A DNA stretch of 64,000 bases from Octopus sinensis (GCF_006345805.1 NC_043002.1:5208001-5272000), one strand, 5' to 3'; shown: positions 26,496 through 39,759, numbered from the stretch's first letter. Translations and numbers: made by a program. Notes: a model not told the origin generated them from the letters alone.

Positions 26496-26947
26496 TGAAT
26501 TCATTTATTTATCCTGGATTCAGAAATACATCCGTGTATTTGCTATGTCTCTGAGTTCGTATTTCGCCGAGGTCAACTTTGACATTCATCCTGTCAATAT
26601 CGATAAAAAAAAAAAATTAAAAAAAAAAAAAATTACCAATCAATAGGCGGTAGACTGGTGGTACTAAGAATATCTAATCGGGTGCCTTGCAATATTTGTT
26701 CAGTCTTTGAGTTCTGAGTTCAAATCCCGTCATGGACGAAAAAGAGTAGGTTTCCCCAAGCGTACGGAAAACCTACTTTTCTCTGTCGAGGATTTATAGG
26801 CCCCATTATTAGACAATTTTCTTTAGTTATCACGTGGTGATCGCTGTAAGCTTTAAGCTTATAAAATACTATCATTATTACTGACAGAATTGTCTAAATC
26901 GACACTGCTTAAAAAAACCATTCGCAATATATGTATGGTCATCATAC

Positions 26948-26984
<37 letters not shown>

Positions 26985-26987
<3 letters not shown>

Positions 26988-27448
26988 TAAGATCTGGTCG
27001 TCAAATCTAAGTAGAGATTTCAAACTTAAAATCTTCAAAGCCACAGTCGAACCAATTCTACTATACAGCTCAGAAACCTGGACGTTATCAAAGAAGCTTG
27101 AGAGGTGGTTGGATGGAACTTACACTCGCCTCCATATGAGAGCTCAAAACCTCTCGTGGAAGCGCCATCCAACCAAAATGCAAATATATGGGAAACTACC
27201 ACCTGTGTCATCTCTTGTGAAAGGTAGGAGAGTCCAGTTTGCTGGACATTGTTGTAGAGCTGAAAACGAGGTAATTTCTACTCTTCTCCTCTGGTAGCCA
27301 TCTGCTCGCGATACCAGAGGGCGCACACTCTCCTACCCTGATGTAATCTCCTGCAACAGGACCTCCGCAATGCTATGATGGACCACGAAGTCTGGTGTAA
27401 CATAGTAAATTCCATTGTCTCGACCACGGTCGAACAATGATGATGATA
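26985..27448 (+). mobile_element. 5'-truncated RTE/RTEX-like LINE 3' end
   Basis: KIWSSNLSRDFKLKIFKATVEPILLYSSETWTL...RRVQFAGHCCRA (ILLYxxETW and RRxxFAGH motifs); short (TGA)n tail; 5' junction at a (TA)n tract. Confidence 0.85.
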
Positions 27449-28266
27449 TATGTATATATTGCTATAAAACACACATAATTAACGTGCCTGGATGCATGGG
27501 CAGCCAGCTGTATGTACTGCAAGGCAATAGACCAGCTATCCTAAAACCTCTGAGCCTAGAGAGTAAACGCCAATCTGAGTTCGCAGACGGTTAACGAATG
27601 CGGTGGGGTGGTTGGTGAAAGCTATTGTGAAGAGGTGTAAGTTATGAGGGAAAGATGGAAAGAAGGAAGATGAGAAGTACATCAAGGAGCACAGCAGGCT
27701 TCAATTAACCTCGGTTGTTACCCAATTGGTTAAGGGGATTTTGAATCACTCTGTATTGCATTTTATATGGTATTAAACTTCAATAATAAATTCCATAGAG
27801 CTGATATTTCGGCATGAAAAAAAAATGTTTAGATTTCAAAATATATTACAAAAAAGCAAAAAAATAAAAAAAACAAAAACAAACGAAATTCAATCAACTC
27901 GAAAATTTCCATATTCTTAGAATCTCCCTCTACAGTTAAATGCATTTCTCAGCCATTGCCTTCTCTTCTGCCAGACCAATTTCCGTTCGATGATAACCCG
28001 ATTGGAATGAGATGACGTGCTTTAGCAAACGATATCATACTTGGTGTTGAGTCAGGTACAAATATTTTGATCAAGGATTTCACTTAGTTATCGAAAAACA
28101 GTTGCATTTGGTAGTAGTTGATTTTTTTTGTTATTAATTTCCTCCTCTTTCTCTCTCGTATTATTCTAGCCTGACCGAAGGGAAATATATAATTTAAATA
28201 ATACATAAAGGCACTCTATAGATATTATAGATGTATGTGTTAAGTATGTTTTGAATGAAATAACTG

Positions 28267-29020
28267 TTTCTTTATTACCCACAAGGGGCTAAACATAGAG
28301 GGGACAAACAAGGACAGACAAACAGATTAAGTCGATTACATCGACCCCAGTGCGTAACTGGTACTTAATTTATCGACCCCGAAAGGAATGAAAGGCAAAG
28401 TCGACCTCGCCGGAATTTGAACTCAGAACGTAACAGCAGACGAAATACCAATTTCTTTACTACCCACAAGGGGATAAATATAGAGGGGACAAACAAGGAC
28501 AGACAAACAGATTAAGTCGATTACATTGACCCCAGTACGTAACTGTACTTAATTTATCGACCTCCAAAGGATAAAAGGCAAAGTCGACCTCGCCGGAATT
28601 TGAACTCAGAACGTAACGGCAGACGAAATACCAATTTCTTTACTACCCACAAGGGGCTAAACATAGAGAGGGGACAAACAAGGACAGACAAACGGATTAA
28701 GTCGATTACATCGACCCCAGTGCGTAACTGGTACTTAATTTATCGACCCCGAAAGGATGAAAGGCAAAGTCGACCTCGCCGGAATTTGAACTCAGAACGT
28801 AACGGCAGACGAAATACCAATTTCTTTACTACCCACAAGGGGCTAAACATAGAGGGGACAAACAAGGACAGACAAACAGATTAAGTCGATTACATCGACT
28901 CCAGAGCGTAACTGGTACTTAATTTATCGACCCCGAAAGGATGAAAGGCAAAGTCGACCTCAGCGGAATTTGAACTCAGAACGTAACGGTGTGCTAACGT
29001 TTCTGCCAGCTCACCGCCTT
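28267..29020 (-). repeat. Second four-unit SINE-A tandem array
   Basis: Four ~185-bp units, each with ggaatttgaactcag; partly deleted head at the right end. Confidence 0.9.
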
Positions 29021-29308
29021 TTTTTTAAATGAAATAACGTCATTTGACAGTTTTAACTGCATACAATTCGTTATAGGAGCTCAATTATAGAAATTGCAAA
29101 ATACAAAATACAAAAAACAAAAAAGAAAGAAAATATTATTCTGAGTTCTTATTTCATTTAAACATACAATATTCCTATAATGGCCACGTAATGTGTTTCT
29201 GACGTATCATTTTAATTACTTTGATAAGTACGAGTATATTGAACATATCCCGGTCGTCATTCACGGATTGAAAGGAAAAGCTGTTACAATGTGTGTGTGT
29301 GCGTGCGG

Positions 29309-29355
<47 letters not shown>

Positions 29356-29682
29356 TGAGTGTCTTGTGTGTAAAAATAACCAGAACATGAAATCGATATC
29401 ATGAATTTACGCTGGCATTAAAGTGGTTATCTAATCGGATATCTGATATATATCTATACGACATTATTAAACGAACTTTGAATCTGTACAGACCGTTTTT
29501 TTCTTTTCTGCTTATTCGCACATATTGAACAGATGCTCAAACCTGTCATCTTAGTGTTATAAAACATAACTTCTTAAAATTCGCTAATTACACACGGGGA
29601 AATCGCTGTACATAACACCACCACCACCACCACCACCACCACCACCACCACACAACACTAATGATTTATTATTATTATTATT

Positions 29683-29724
29683 GAGTGAGAGAGCAGTGCA
29701 TGCCATCAAAGTGACACTGGGGTA

Positions 29725-29725
<1 letters not shown>
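29683..29725 (-). mobile_element. 43-bp 3' stub of the (TAA)n-anchored ~550-bp element
   Basis: gagtgagagagcagtgcatgccatcaaagtgacactggggtaa between (ATT)n tracts; matches one terminus of 30243-30786 and 54918-55473. Confidence 0.85.
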
Positions 29726-29765
<40 letters not shown>

Positions 29766-29768
29766 CAT

Positions 29769-29824
<56 letters not shown>

Positions 29825-30242
29825 AGACGGTGAGCTGGCAGAATCATTAGCACACCGGGCGAAACACTAAGCGGTATTTCGTCTGCCGCTACGTTCTGAG
29901 TTCAAATTCCGCCGAGGTCGACTTTGCCTTTCATCCTTTCGGGGTCGATAAATTAAGTACCAGTTACGCACTGGGGTCGATATAATCGACTTAATACCTA
30001 TGTCTGCCCTTGTTTGTCCCCTTTGTGTTTAGCCCTTTGTGGGTAGTAAAGAAATAGGTATTTCGTCTGCCGCTACGTTCTGAGTTCAAATTCCGCTGAG
30101 GTCGACTTTGCCTTTCATCTCCTCGGGGTCGATTAAATAAGTACCAGTTACGCACTGGGGTCGATATAATCAACTTAATCCCTTCCTCCAAATTTGAGGC
30201 CTTGTGCTTCTAGTAGAAAGAAATATTGTTATTATTATCATT

Positions 30243-30786
30243 GAATGAGAGAGCAATGCATGCCATCGAAGTTACATTGTGGTAAAATATATGAAGCCCA
30301 ATTTACCCATCATGACTACCCGTTTGATAAGGGTACACTAGGTACATGCATCACAACCATATGTGTGCGACATGGTGATCTCATATCAAGATGAACAGTG
30401 CATGACCTTACAAGTGGAGCCCGGTTAGAATTTTATTCAGGTCGAGTAGCCCATCCCGCTCAAACTGTCCTTGAATAAGGGTTAAGGATGTTGAACGAGG
30501 CACCTATGATTCAAGAGATGAATTATTCAAACCCCAAAGAATTCCTCTCAACACAGAAATAGACGCTCCCCCACTACTTCTGCTCGTGATCAGAGATGCA
30601 TTTATCGTGAACCACTAAGGGACATGTTCAACTGGTTAAGGTCAAACAACTGACAAGCAGATCTTTGGTATTGAGCAGAATATTTGCTGTCTCCCATCTT
30701 TTACACCAAGACAAAGCATGATAACACTTCCAATCAGTTAAGATCAGAAGCCATGAGAGCAAGTGACTGGCACTGCATCAGGGCAC
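30243..30786 (-). mobile_element. (TAA)n-anchored ~550-bp non-coding retroposon, copy 1
   Basis: Flanked by (ATT)n on both sides; homologous end to end with 54918-55473. Confidence 0.8.
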
Positions 30787-30817
30787 TATTATTATTATTA
30801 TATTATTATTATTATTA

Positions 30818-30880
<63 letters not shown>

Positions 30881-30883
30881 CAT

Positions 30884-30956
<73 letters not shown>

Positions 30957-31374
30957 AGACGGTGAGCTGGCAGAATCATTAGCACACCGGGCGAAACACT
31001 AAGCGGTATTTCGTCTGCCGCTACGTTCTGAGTTCAATTTCCGCCGAGGTCGACTTTGCCTTTCATCCTTTCGGGGTCGATAAATTAAGTACCAGTTACG
31101 AACTGGGGTCGATATAATCGACTTAATACCTATGTCTGCCCTTGTTTGTCCCCTTTGTGTTTAGCCCTTTGTGGGTAGTAAAGAAATAGGTATTTCGTCT
31201 GCCGCTACGTTCTGAGTTCAAATTCCGCTGAGGTCGACTTTGCCTTTCATCTCCTCGGGGTCGATTAAATAAGTACCAGTTACGCACTGGGGTCGATATA
31301 ATCAACTTAATCCCTTCCTCCAAATTTGAGGCCTTGTGCTTCTAGTAGAAAGAAATATTGTTATTATTATCATT

Positions 31375-31918
31375 GAATGAGAGAGCAATGCATGCCATCG
31401 AAGTTACATTGTGGTAAAATATATGAAGCCCAATTTACCCATCATGACTACCCGTTTGATAAGGGTACACTAGGTACATGCATCACAACCATATGTGTGC
31501 GACATGGTGATCTCATATCAAGATGAACAGTGCATGACCTTACAAGTGGAGCCCGGTTAGAATTTTATTCAGGTCGAGTAGCCCATCCCGCTCAAACTGT
31601 CCTTGAATAAGGGTTAAGGATGTTGAACGAGGCACCTATGATTCAAGAGATGAATTATTCAAACCCCAAAGAATTCCTCTCAACACAGAAATAGACGCTC
31701 CCCCACTACTTCTGCTCGTGATCAGAGATGCATTTATCGTGAACCACTAAGGGACATGTTCAACTGGTTAAGGTCAAACAACTGACAAGCAGATCTTTGG
31801 TATTGAGCAGAATATTTGCTGTCTCCCATCTTTTACACCAAGACAAAGCATGATAACACTTCCAATCAGTTAAGATCAGAAGCCATGAGAGCAAGTGACT
31901 GGCACTGCATCAGGGCAC
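31375..31918 (-). mobile_element. (TAA)n-anchored ~550-bp element, duplicate of copy 1
   Basis: Part of the 1132-bp tandem duplication. Confidence 0.8.
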
Positions 31919-31977
<59 letters not shown>

Positions 31978-32145
31978 TATTATTATTATTATTTAAGGCG
32001 GTGAGCTAGCAGAATCGTTAGCACGCTGGGCGAAATGCTTAGCAGTATTTCGTCCGTCGCTACGTTCTGAATTCAAATTCCGTCGTAGTCGACTTTGATT
32101 TTCATCCTTTCGGGGTACCAGTTAGAAAGTTTTATTATTATTATT

Positions 32146-32300
32146 CTATGTTTGACTTTTGCTTTATATTTGTACAAGTTGGCTCCAAGTCTCACCCAGA
32201 GACCTCAAGAGACAACAGGTTGGAATATTACATTCAGTTTTCGATTCCATACCTATACGTTTGATTTCTTTCCAGCAAATACCAGACAAACGCATATTTT
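32146..32300 (-). mobile_element. 3' UTR stub of an R4/Dong-like retrotransposon at (ATT)n
   Basis: ctatgtttgacttttgcttt...ccaagtctcacccagagacctcaagagacaac is nearly identical to 53475-53545. Confidence 0.8.
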
Positions 32301-32468
32301 TACACCATTGAACACGAGTTACATTCCTCGTTTCAATCGACGGTCATGAACGAAATTCAATATTTGTCCCCTATAAAATAACAGTTTTATTAAGGCATTA
32401 TCTGTCAGCTAAGTCAGCGCCCCAGACCCCGTAAGAAAAGGTCCTCCTAGTCATAAACATAAAACATA

Positions 32469-33647
32469 CGAGGGACGTTCAATAAGTAATGCCCCTGACC
32501 CACTTGCAGTTGTTTGATCTAGCTGCAATTTTGCATGAGCATTTATTTATATCTCTATAGATGAAGTAGCAAATAACATCTTTGAACTAATGGTGGTTTC
32601 TGATTTACAGGTGTTTGAACTGAGTCAAGTGTGAAATGGAGCCTGTTGAGTGTCGAGCAGTGATTCGGTTTTTGTATTTGAAAGGACGCACACCACGGGA
32701 GACTTTTGATGAAATGAAAGTAACTTATGATGATGATGCCCCATCATATGACCTTGTAAAACGCTGGCATCGTGAATTCAAACATGGTCGGAACTCTGTG
32801 GAAACAGCTCCCAGATCTGGTCGCCCCCCTTCTGCTATTGATGAGGCATCTGTCCGTCAAGTTGAGGCTGCCATTTTGGAAGATCGACGCATAACTATTC
32901 GTGAAATAGCCCATGAGGTCAAGATTAGTACCAGGTCTGTGGAAACTATCATTCATGACCATTTGCATATGCAAAAGGTGTCTGCCAGATGAATTCCCAG
33001 GCTGCTCACACCTTTCCAGAAGCAAGAACGCGTCGAGTGCTCGAGGATGAATTTGGAGATGTGCCAAGAAGGTGAGTCAAACTTTTTCAAAAGACTGATT
33101 ACACAGGATGAAACCTGGGTCCATCACTATGATCCAGAGACCAAAGCCCAGTCAATGCAGTGGAAACACCGTGATTCACCTTCTCCAAAGAAGGCAAGGG
33201 TGCAGCCCTCCGCTGGTAAGGTCATTCTCACAGTCTTCTGGGACCAGGACGGAGTAGTGATGACAGATTTCCTGGCAAAGGGTACCACAATTACAGGAGC
33301 CTATTGTGCTTCACTTTTGAGGAAATTAAGAGAAGCTATCAAAATCAAGAGGCGGGGCAAGATTAGCAAAAGCAGCCTCCTCCTGCAGGACAACGCTCCG
33401 GTCCATAACTCGCTTGTCACCAGATCAGAAGCACGGGCGTGCGGCTATGAACTCCTCCTCCATCCCCCCTACTCTCCTGACCTTGCACCCTCTGATTTTC
33501 ACCTCTTACCAGCCATGAAGTTGTTTTTGAAAGGAAAGCGTTTCCTGGGTGGTTTCTATGTAGAAAAAGACTAATAACTGTGCCAAGTTTCGTTGCTCTA
33601 CTGCTATGGGAAGTGGGTCAGGGGCATTACTTATTGAACGCCCCTCG
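32469..33647 (+). mobile_element. Mariner transposon, irritans subfamily-like, 1179 bp
   Basis: 37-bp TIRs cgagggacgttcaataagtaatgcccctgacccactt with one mismatch; TA flanks at 32467-68 and 33648-49. Confidence 0.95.
32636..33574 (+). pseudogene. Mariner transposase pseudogene (one nonsense codon plus a C-terminal internal deletion)
   Basis: Frame is continuous across TGA 32990-92 (W of WxPR); TQDETW, QDNAPVH and YSPDLAPSD give DD34D; GKRF joins directly to LGGFYVEK. Confidence 0.95.
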
Positions 33648-34269
33648 TAATTTTCCTTATTTCTTTTACATCGTTTCATTGTTTAGTGTCATTGCACCTA
33701 TGATGCGACGCCATTGATTTACACGTACTCACGCATACATACACGCATACATACACACATACATACACACATACATACATACATACACACATACATACAT
33801 ACATACATACATACATACATACATACATACATACATACATACATACATACATTCATACATACATGTCGGCTGTCGACTAGTCAGACGAGTATGACCATTG
33901 CTAATAGATGATATTCTTTCTGTTTTCCTTTTGCTTTTAGTGACCATGGGACTTACAATGGCTTTTAAAGCCAGCAAGTGAATTGCATTATTTTGTTGCA
34001 GATGCAACATTCATATTCATGTGTTGCTTATTGGGCGCTCGATCTGCACAATACTTTGATTGTATACTTTTATGTGCCATGTGATTCCGTAGCACATAGA
34101 TTGCATATTAGATTAGCTGCTTAAAATTGGTTGTATTTAATAAACTTGAGGCTCTCCAGCATGTTTGGACAGGTGACTTGTGAGCCAGCTCTGGAGAAGC
34201 AAACTTGTCTGCATTTATCACCTTCAAAGTGTGTTGGCTGTTGGAACATGAAATCCTTGGTTCGACTCC

Positions 34270-35215
34270 AGAAAAAGGTTGCGAGTTTGATGAAAACAAC
34301 TAGGCTCTAAAAACAGTGCTTTAAAAGAAAAACGAGGTACGTAGCAAAATTACAGCAAGAAGGGATATCAAATGAAAGGCGTTTCTAGCTGGAAGAAAAT
34401 TTCAAGCATGCGAAAGCCGCAGATCAAAGCACTCTACAAGATGTGCAGGAAAACTGGTGACCGAGACTTGCGACCGACATCCAAATAGCAGCTGATGCGA
34501 AAGTGACTTACACTTTGATGAAGCAAATCTTAGGACATAAATCTGTGATGACGGTCACTCTTTGATCTAAGAATGGAAAGATATACTTGCGGACAAAGAA
34601 AGTTTACCTAAGATAGGGGAGGAAAATTTTGATGTGTTGCTAATGGAGAACCCCCATCTTTATCGAAGATATTCAACAAAGACCAACTATCTCTTCCCTT
34701 GATAATCCATCTACAAAAGATGGAATACAAATGGGAATTAAGAAATGTAATCGCGAAAAAGCTGCCGGAAAACATGGATTTCTTGCAGAGATCTATGAAT
34801 TAGGCGGTGTAAGATTAACAATAATTATGCATCCCCTAATTTTGGGGATAGGGGCAGTGAAGTACTGGAAAGATGCCATAGTAATACAATTATATAAAAA
34901 AAAACTAAAGTTTACGAAGGGATTGTCGTAATTATAGAAGAATAACACTGCTTTGTACTGGCCTCAACCATTCTTTCTCAACTGAAGAACACAAGCTAAA
35001 TTTTGCCAAAATCGCATTGCGTTTCTCGGCCTCTCGAAGGCACAGGCACCACGATCTTTATAGTTCATCAACTCCATGAGGAATGTTGCGGACAGCGCCA
35101 AAAGGTGTTTCAAAGATTTCTGAAAATGTCAAAGTCCTTTGACACGGTCAGCAGAGAAACAATGGAGGGTTGGCATCCAGTTGGAGTTTCTTGGATCTCT
35201 TTGTTGATGTAAAGT
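34270..35215 (+). pseudogene. Decayed RTE-clade LINE reverse transcriptase fragment
   Basis: KAAGKHGFLAEIYELGG, WKDAIVIQLYKKK, PKSHCVSRP..GT, KSFDTVSRE motifs, interrupted by stops and frameshifts. Confidence 0.8.
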
Positions 35216-35660
35216 CTTTTCATGATCACACACACGCGCGCGCGCATATACATATACACATATTTAATACACACATGCATGACTGCATACATACATACAT
35301 ACATACATACATACGTACATACATACATATATACGTACATACATACATACATACGCACATACGCACATACATACATACATACATACATACATACATACAT
35401 ACATACATACATACATACATACATACATACATACATACACACATACATATATGTGTGTGTGTACTGATCTATGTAAGAGATAAATAAAGCGGTTTATATT
35501 ATTTTAAATTTTCTTTTGCCAATTTCCATTTCCATTTATTATCCTTCACATTTATTTTTTTACCATTTACTTGTTTCAGTGTTTGAACTGTAGCAATGCT
35601 GGGACACTACCTAAAAGGGTTTCTGTCAAGCTAATTCACTTCAATACTTATTTTATTTTT

Positions 35661-35884
35661 AACTACCCACAAGGGGCTAAACACAGAGGGGACAAACAAG
35701 GACAGACAAAGGGATTAAGTCGATTACATCGACCCCCAGTGCCTAAATGGTACTTAATTTATCGACCCCGAAAGGATGAAAGGCAAGTCGACCTCGGCGG
35801 AATTTGAACTCAGAACGTAGCCGCAGACGAAATACCGCTAAGTGTTTCGCCCGGCGTGCTAACGTTTCTGCCAGCTCGCCGCCT
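35661..35884 (-). mobile_element. SINE family A monomer
   Basis: cccacaaggggctaaac...ggaatttgaactcag...ctgccagctcgccgcc. Confidence 0.85.
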
Positions 35885-36025
35885 TATTCACTTCAATACT
35901 TATTCTATCATCGCTTTTGCCGCACTGCTTTGTTACGGGGACGTAAACAAACCAACACCGATTGCCAAGAAGTAGTGGTAATGGACATGGTTGTGGCGGT
36001 GGTGGTGGAGGGGAGCAAAATCGAT

Positions 36026-36082
<57 letters not shown>

Positions 36083-36558
36083 TTTATATACACGACGGGC
36101 TTTCACACTGTTTCCGTTTACTGATTTAGTTCATAAGGCTCGGAACTATAGAAGACACTCGTTCAAAGTACTGTGTAATTGAATTGAACTCGAACCCACG
36201 TCCTTGCGAAACGAGCTTAGCAACAAATTGTTTATGTATTACAGAAAATGAGAATGTTCGCGTACGTATTCCTCGCGATTGTGAATATACAGGTGTGGCC
36301 GAGTGGTAAGACGCTTGCTTCTCAATCACATGGTCTCGGGTTCAGTCCCACTGCATGGCACCTTGGGAAAGTATCTTCTCCTATAACCTCGGGCAAACCA
36401 AAGCCTTGTGAGTAGATTTGGCAGACGGAAACTGAAAGAAGCCCGTCGTATATATGTGTATATATAAAATTAAATAAGGGTAGAAATTGATATTTATCAA
36501 TTAAAACCAGTGGGCTAGCATATTTAAAAAATCCGAAGATTAAAATTTTTTTTACATA

Positions 36559-36773
36559 CAAAATTTAGTGGATTGACCACTAAAAGTGGAAAGCCTGTAT
36601 GCTTGAAATAGACGTCAAAATCGCCATTTTCCACGGAGAATTTTCATTTGTCTTGCTTTTTTTTTTTGCTGAATTTTTTCTTGAGAAAACATTCTCCGTG
36701 AAAAATGGCGATTTTGACGTCTATTTCTAGCATACAGGCTGTCCACTTTTAGTGGTCAATCCTCTAAATTTTG
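36559..36773. mobile_element. Foldback MITE with ~87-bp inverted arms and TA flanks
   Basis: TA|caaaatttagtggattgaccactaaaagtgg...ggagaat and attctcc...ccacttttagtggtcaatcctctaaattttg|TA. Confidence 0.8.
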
Positions 36774-37216
36774 TATATATATATGTATATGTATGTGCGC
36801 CTTTATGTCTGTGTTTGTCCCTCCACCATCGCTTGACAACCGATAGAATAAGTACCAGGTTTACAAAGAATAAGTGCTGGAGTCGATGTCTTCGAGTAAA
36901 ATCCTGTAGGGCAGTGCTGCAGCATGGGCGCAGCAGTCACATGACTGAAACAAGTAAAAGAATACTATGCAATTACGTATATATTCATCATGCTGCTGGT
37001 ATGCACGAAACACAATATTAATATAACTTTCCAGGCGGGAGGCATAAGGTCAGAAACCAATCTATTTATATGAACATCTCAGTTATTTTATATCTGCAAT
37101 TACCGACGCTTACAATCACCAAGATCACTTTTTATGTAATTTAGAATCATGATAGAAGCTTTTGGCACATTTTCCCTCAAAGTGAAACATAATTCTATAG
37201 AAAGTTATGACATATA

Positions 37217-37620
37217 GGCGCAGGAGTGGCTGTGTGGTAAGTAGCTTGCTAACCAACCACATGGTTCCGGGTTCAGTCCCACTGCGTGGCATCTTGGGCA
37301 TGTGTCTTCTGCTATAGCCCCGGGCCGACCAATGCCTTGTGAATGGATTTGGTTGACGGAAACTGAAAGAAGCCTGTCGTATATATGTATATATATATAT
37401 ATATATGTGTGTATGTGTGTGTGTTTGTCCCCCCTAGCATTGCTTGACAACCGATGCTGGTGTTTTTACGTCCCCGTCACTTAGCGGTTCGGCAAAAAGA
37501 GACCGATAGAATAAGTACTGGGCTTACAAAGAATAAGTCCCGGGGTCGATTTGCTCGACTAAAGGCGGTGCTCCAGCATGGCCGCAGTCAAATGACTGAA
37601 ACAAGTAAAAGAGTAAAAGA
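37217..37620 (+). mobile_element. SINE family B, full length, close to consensus
   Basis: ggcgcaggagtggctgtgtggtaag...gactgaaacaagtaaaagagtaaaaga. Confidence 0.92.
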
Positions 37621-37672
37621 GTATATACAATATATTTCAATACAGTTATAATCACGCACTCACATACATATA

Positions 37673-39217
37673 CAGCCTTGGCCGAAAGTATTAGGCCACC
37701 CCAATCTTTTGGGGTTATGCTATCTCAATATTAATGAAACTCGTGCATATGGTAGATTATGGTATATTTCACAATATACATTAGTTTTGATATCTGGTTG
37801 ACCCTCCTTTAGTATCAGTTACTGCTTTTATACTGTACTGTGTATGTGCAACCAATTATGAGTAAGACCAACGTCCAAAATTAACTTATGTTTCCTTGAT
37901 TATTTCAGAGTTTTATACTAAAATATGTTGTAGATACAGTTGATAAACAGTAAAATGCCTGAAACAAAGGAGTTGAGTGAGTGTGAACGAGGTCAAATCA
38001 TAGCTCATTATGAAGATGGAATGTCTCAAAGGCAAATTGCTCAGAAGATGGAATGTTCTCGATGTGCGGTGCAAACGACTCTCAAGAGCTTCAGAGAGAC
38101 AAAAGACTTAAAGACTATACAAAGAACAGGTAGAATAAAGGTGACATCACCTCGTGATGACAGATCCATCATCCATCAGCCGCTCAGAAACAGGAGAAAG
38201 ACATCGTCGGAGCTCTGTGCGGACTTCAACGAGGCAAGTACTTCACAAATATCAACCAGAACTGTTAGAAGAAGGCTTGTAGAGTACGGTCTGAAAGGCT
38301 GTAAAGCTAGGAAGAAGCAATGGGTTTCTGAAGCGAAAATGGAAAAATGTCTTCAGTGGGCCAAAAACCACTCAAATTGGACCAGTGAGCAATGGTCGAA
38401 AGTCATATGGTCTGATGAAAGTAACTATGAAGTAAGATAGTTATTCAATCAACAGTTAAACTTAGTGTAACTGGTTTGTTGCCCAAAATATATATATAAA
38501 AGTATCCAACATAAAGCCAATATTATTTTTCATGTTTTTACCCAGGTTTTCAGTACATCTTGTGCAACTTTCATGCGTCGCAGAGTTGGGGAAGCATTTA
38601 AGGCTGAATGTCTGGTACCAACCGTAAAACATAGGGGTGGTTCTATCATGGCATCGGTCTGCATGTCTGCCACAGGACCCGGAGAAATGTTTTTATGTAA
38701 GGGAAGGATGAATTCAGCTACCTATGTTTCTATGTTATCGGATGTATTAGAGACATGAATTGCTAAATTGCACCCAGGAATATCGAAAAACAGTGTTATC
38801 TTTCAACGGGACAACGCTTCATGTCATATAGCAAAGAATACTCGTCAGTGGTTTGAGACACAGGGTATTGTTCCCATGGACTGGCCAGCTCAAAGTCCTG
38901 ATCTAAATCCGATCGAACACCTATAGGGAACTCTTGGTGAAGCTATCAAGAACCCAACAATTAAAAATAAAGAGCATTTGTACCAAATGTTGAGAGAAGA
39001 ATAGAGTAAAATTGCGCCCAGAACCTGCAAGAAACTAGCAAATCCAATGCCTAACTGTAAAAAAGTGGTAATTGATGCTAAATGATGGTCGATCAGATAT
39101 TAAAACTAATGTATATTGTGAAATATACCATAATCTACCATATGCACGAGTTTCATTAACATTGAGATAGCAGAACCCCAAAATATTGGGGTGGCCTAAT
39201 ACTTTTAGCCAAGGCTG
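37673..39217 (+). mobile_element. Tc1-family transposon, 1545 bp, ~131-bp TIRs
   Basis: TA|cagccttggccgaaagtattaggccacccc ... ggggtggcctaatacttttagccaaggctg|TA; inverted identity runs 37673-37803 and 39087-39217. Confidence 0.95.
37955..39103 (+). pseudogene. Two-exon DD34E Tc1 transposase pseudogene (intron 38432-38545)
   Basis: VIWSDESNYE|VFSTSCATFMRRRVGE is in frame after removing GTAAGA...CCCAG; TVKHRGGS, QRDNASCH and WPAQSPDLNPIE motifs; four in-frame stops (38756, 38924, 39002, 39083). Confidence 0.9.
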
Positions 39218-39218
39218 T

Positions 39219-39574
<356 letters not shown>

Positions 39575-39759
39575 ATATATATCAACTCGTGTGTTCCTTT
39601 TCACCCTTATACATATATATATATATATATATACACATAATATACATCTATACGTATATCAAATAAAATAAAATATACACCAGCATGGAGTATATTTTCA
39701 GGGCCGAAACGTATAGAAGGATATATAACACACTACTATTATATATGTAATATATATAT

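Larger units (their letters stand above)
29823..31922. repeat. Near-perfect 1132-bp tandem duplication (SINE-A dimer + ~550-bp element + microsatellite)
   Basis: 29823-30790 vs 30955-31922; only two substitutions noticed outside the microsatellites. Confidence 0.95.

Noticed and set aside
36585-36620. aagc-ctgtat-gctt-GAAA in the foldback arm as a hammerhead
   Set aside because: The seven bases before the stem (aagtgga) do not fit CUGANGA.
32990-39004. Transposase stops at conserved Trp codons (TGA 32990; TAG 38924 and 39002) as A-to-I-rescuable stops
   Set aside because: G-to-A transitions in TGG are the commonest route to nonsense codons, and both elements carry other lesions that editing could not repair.
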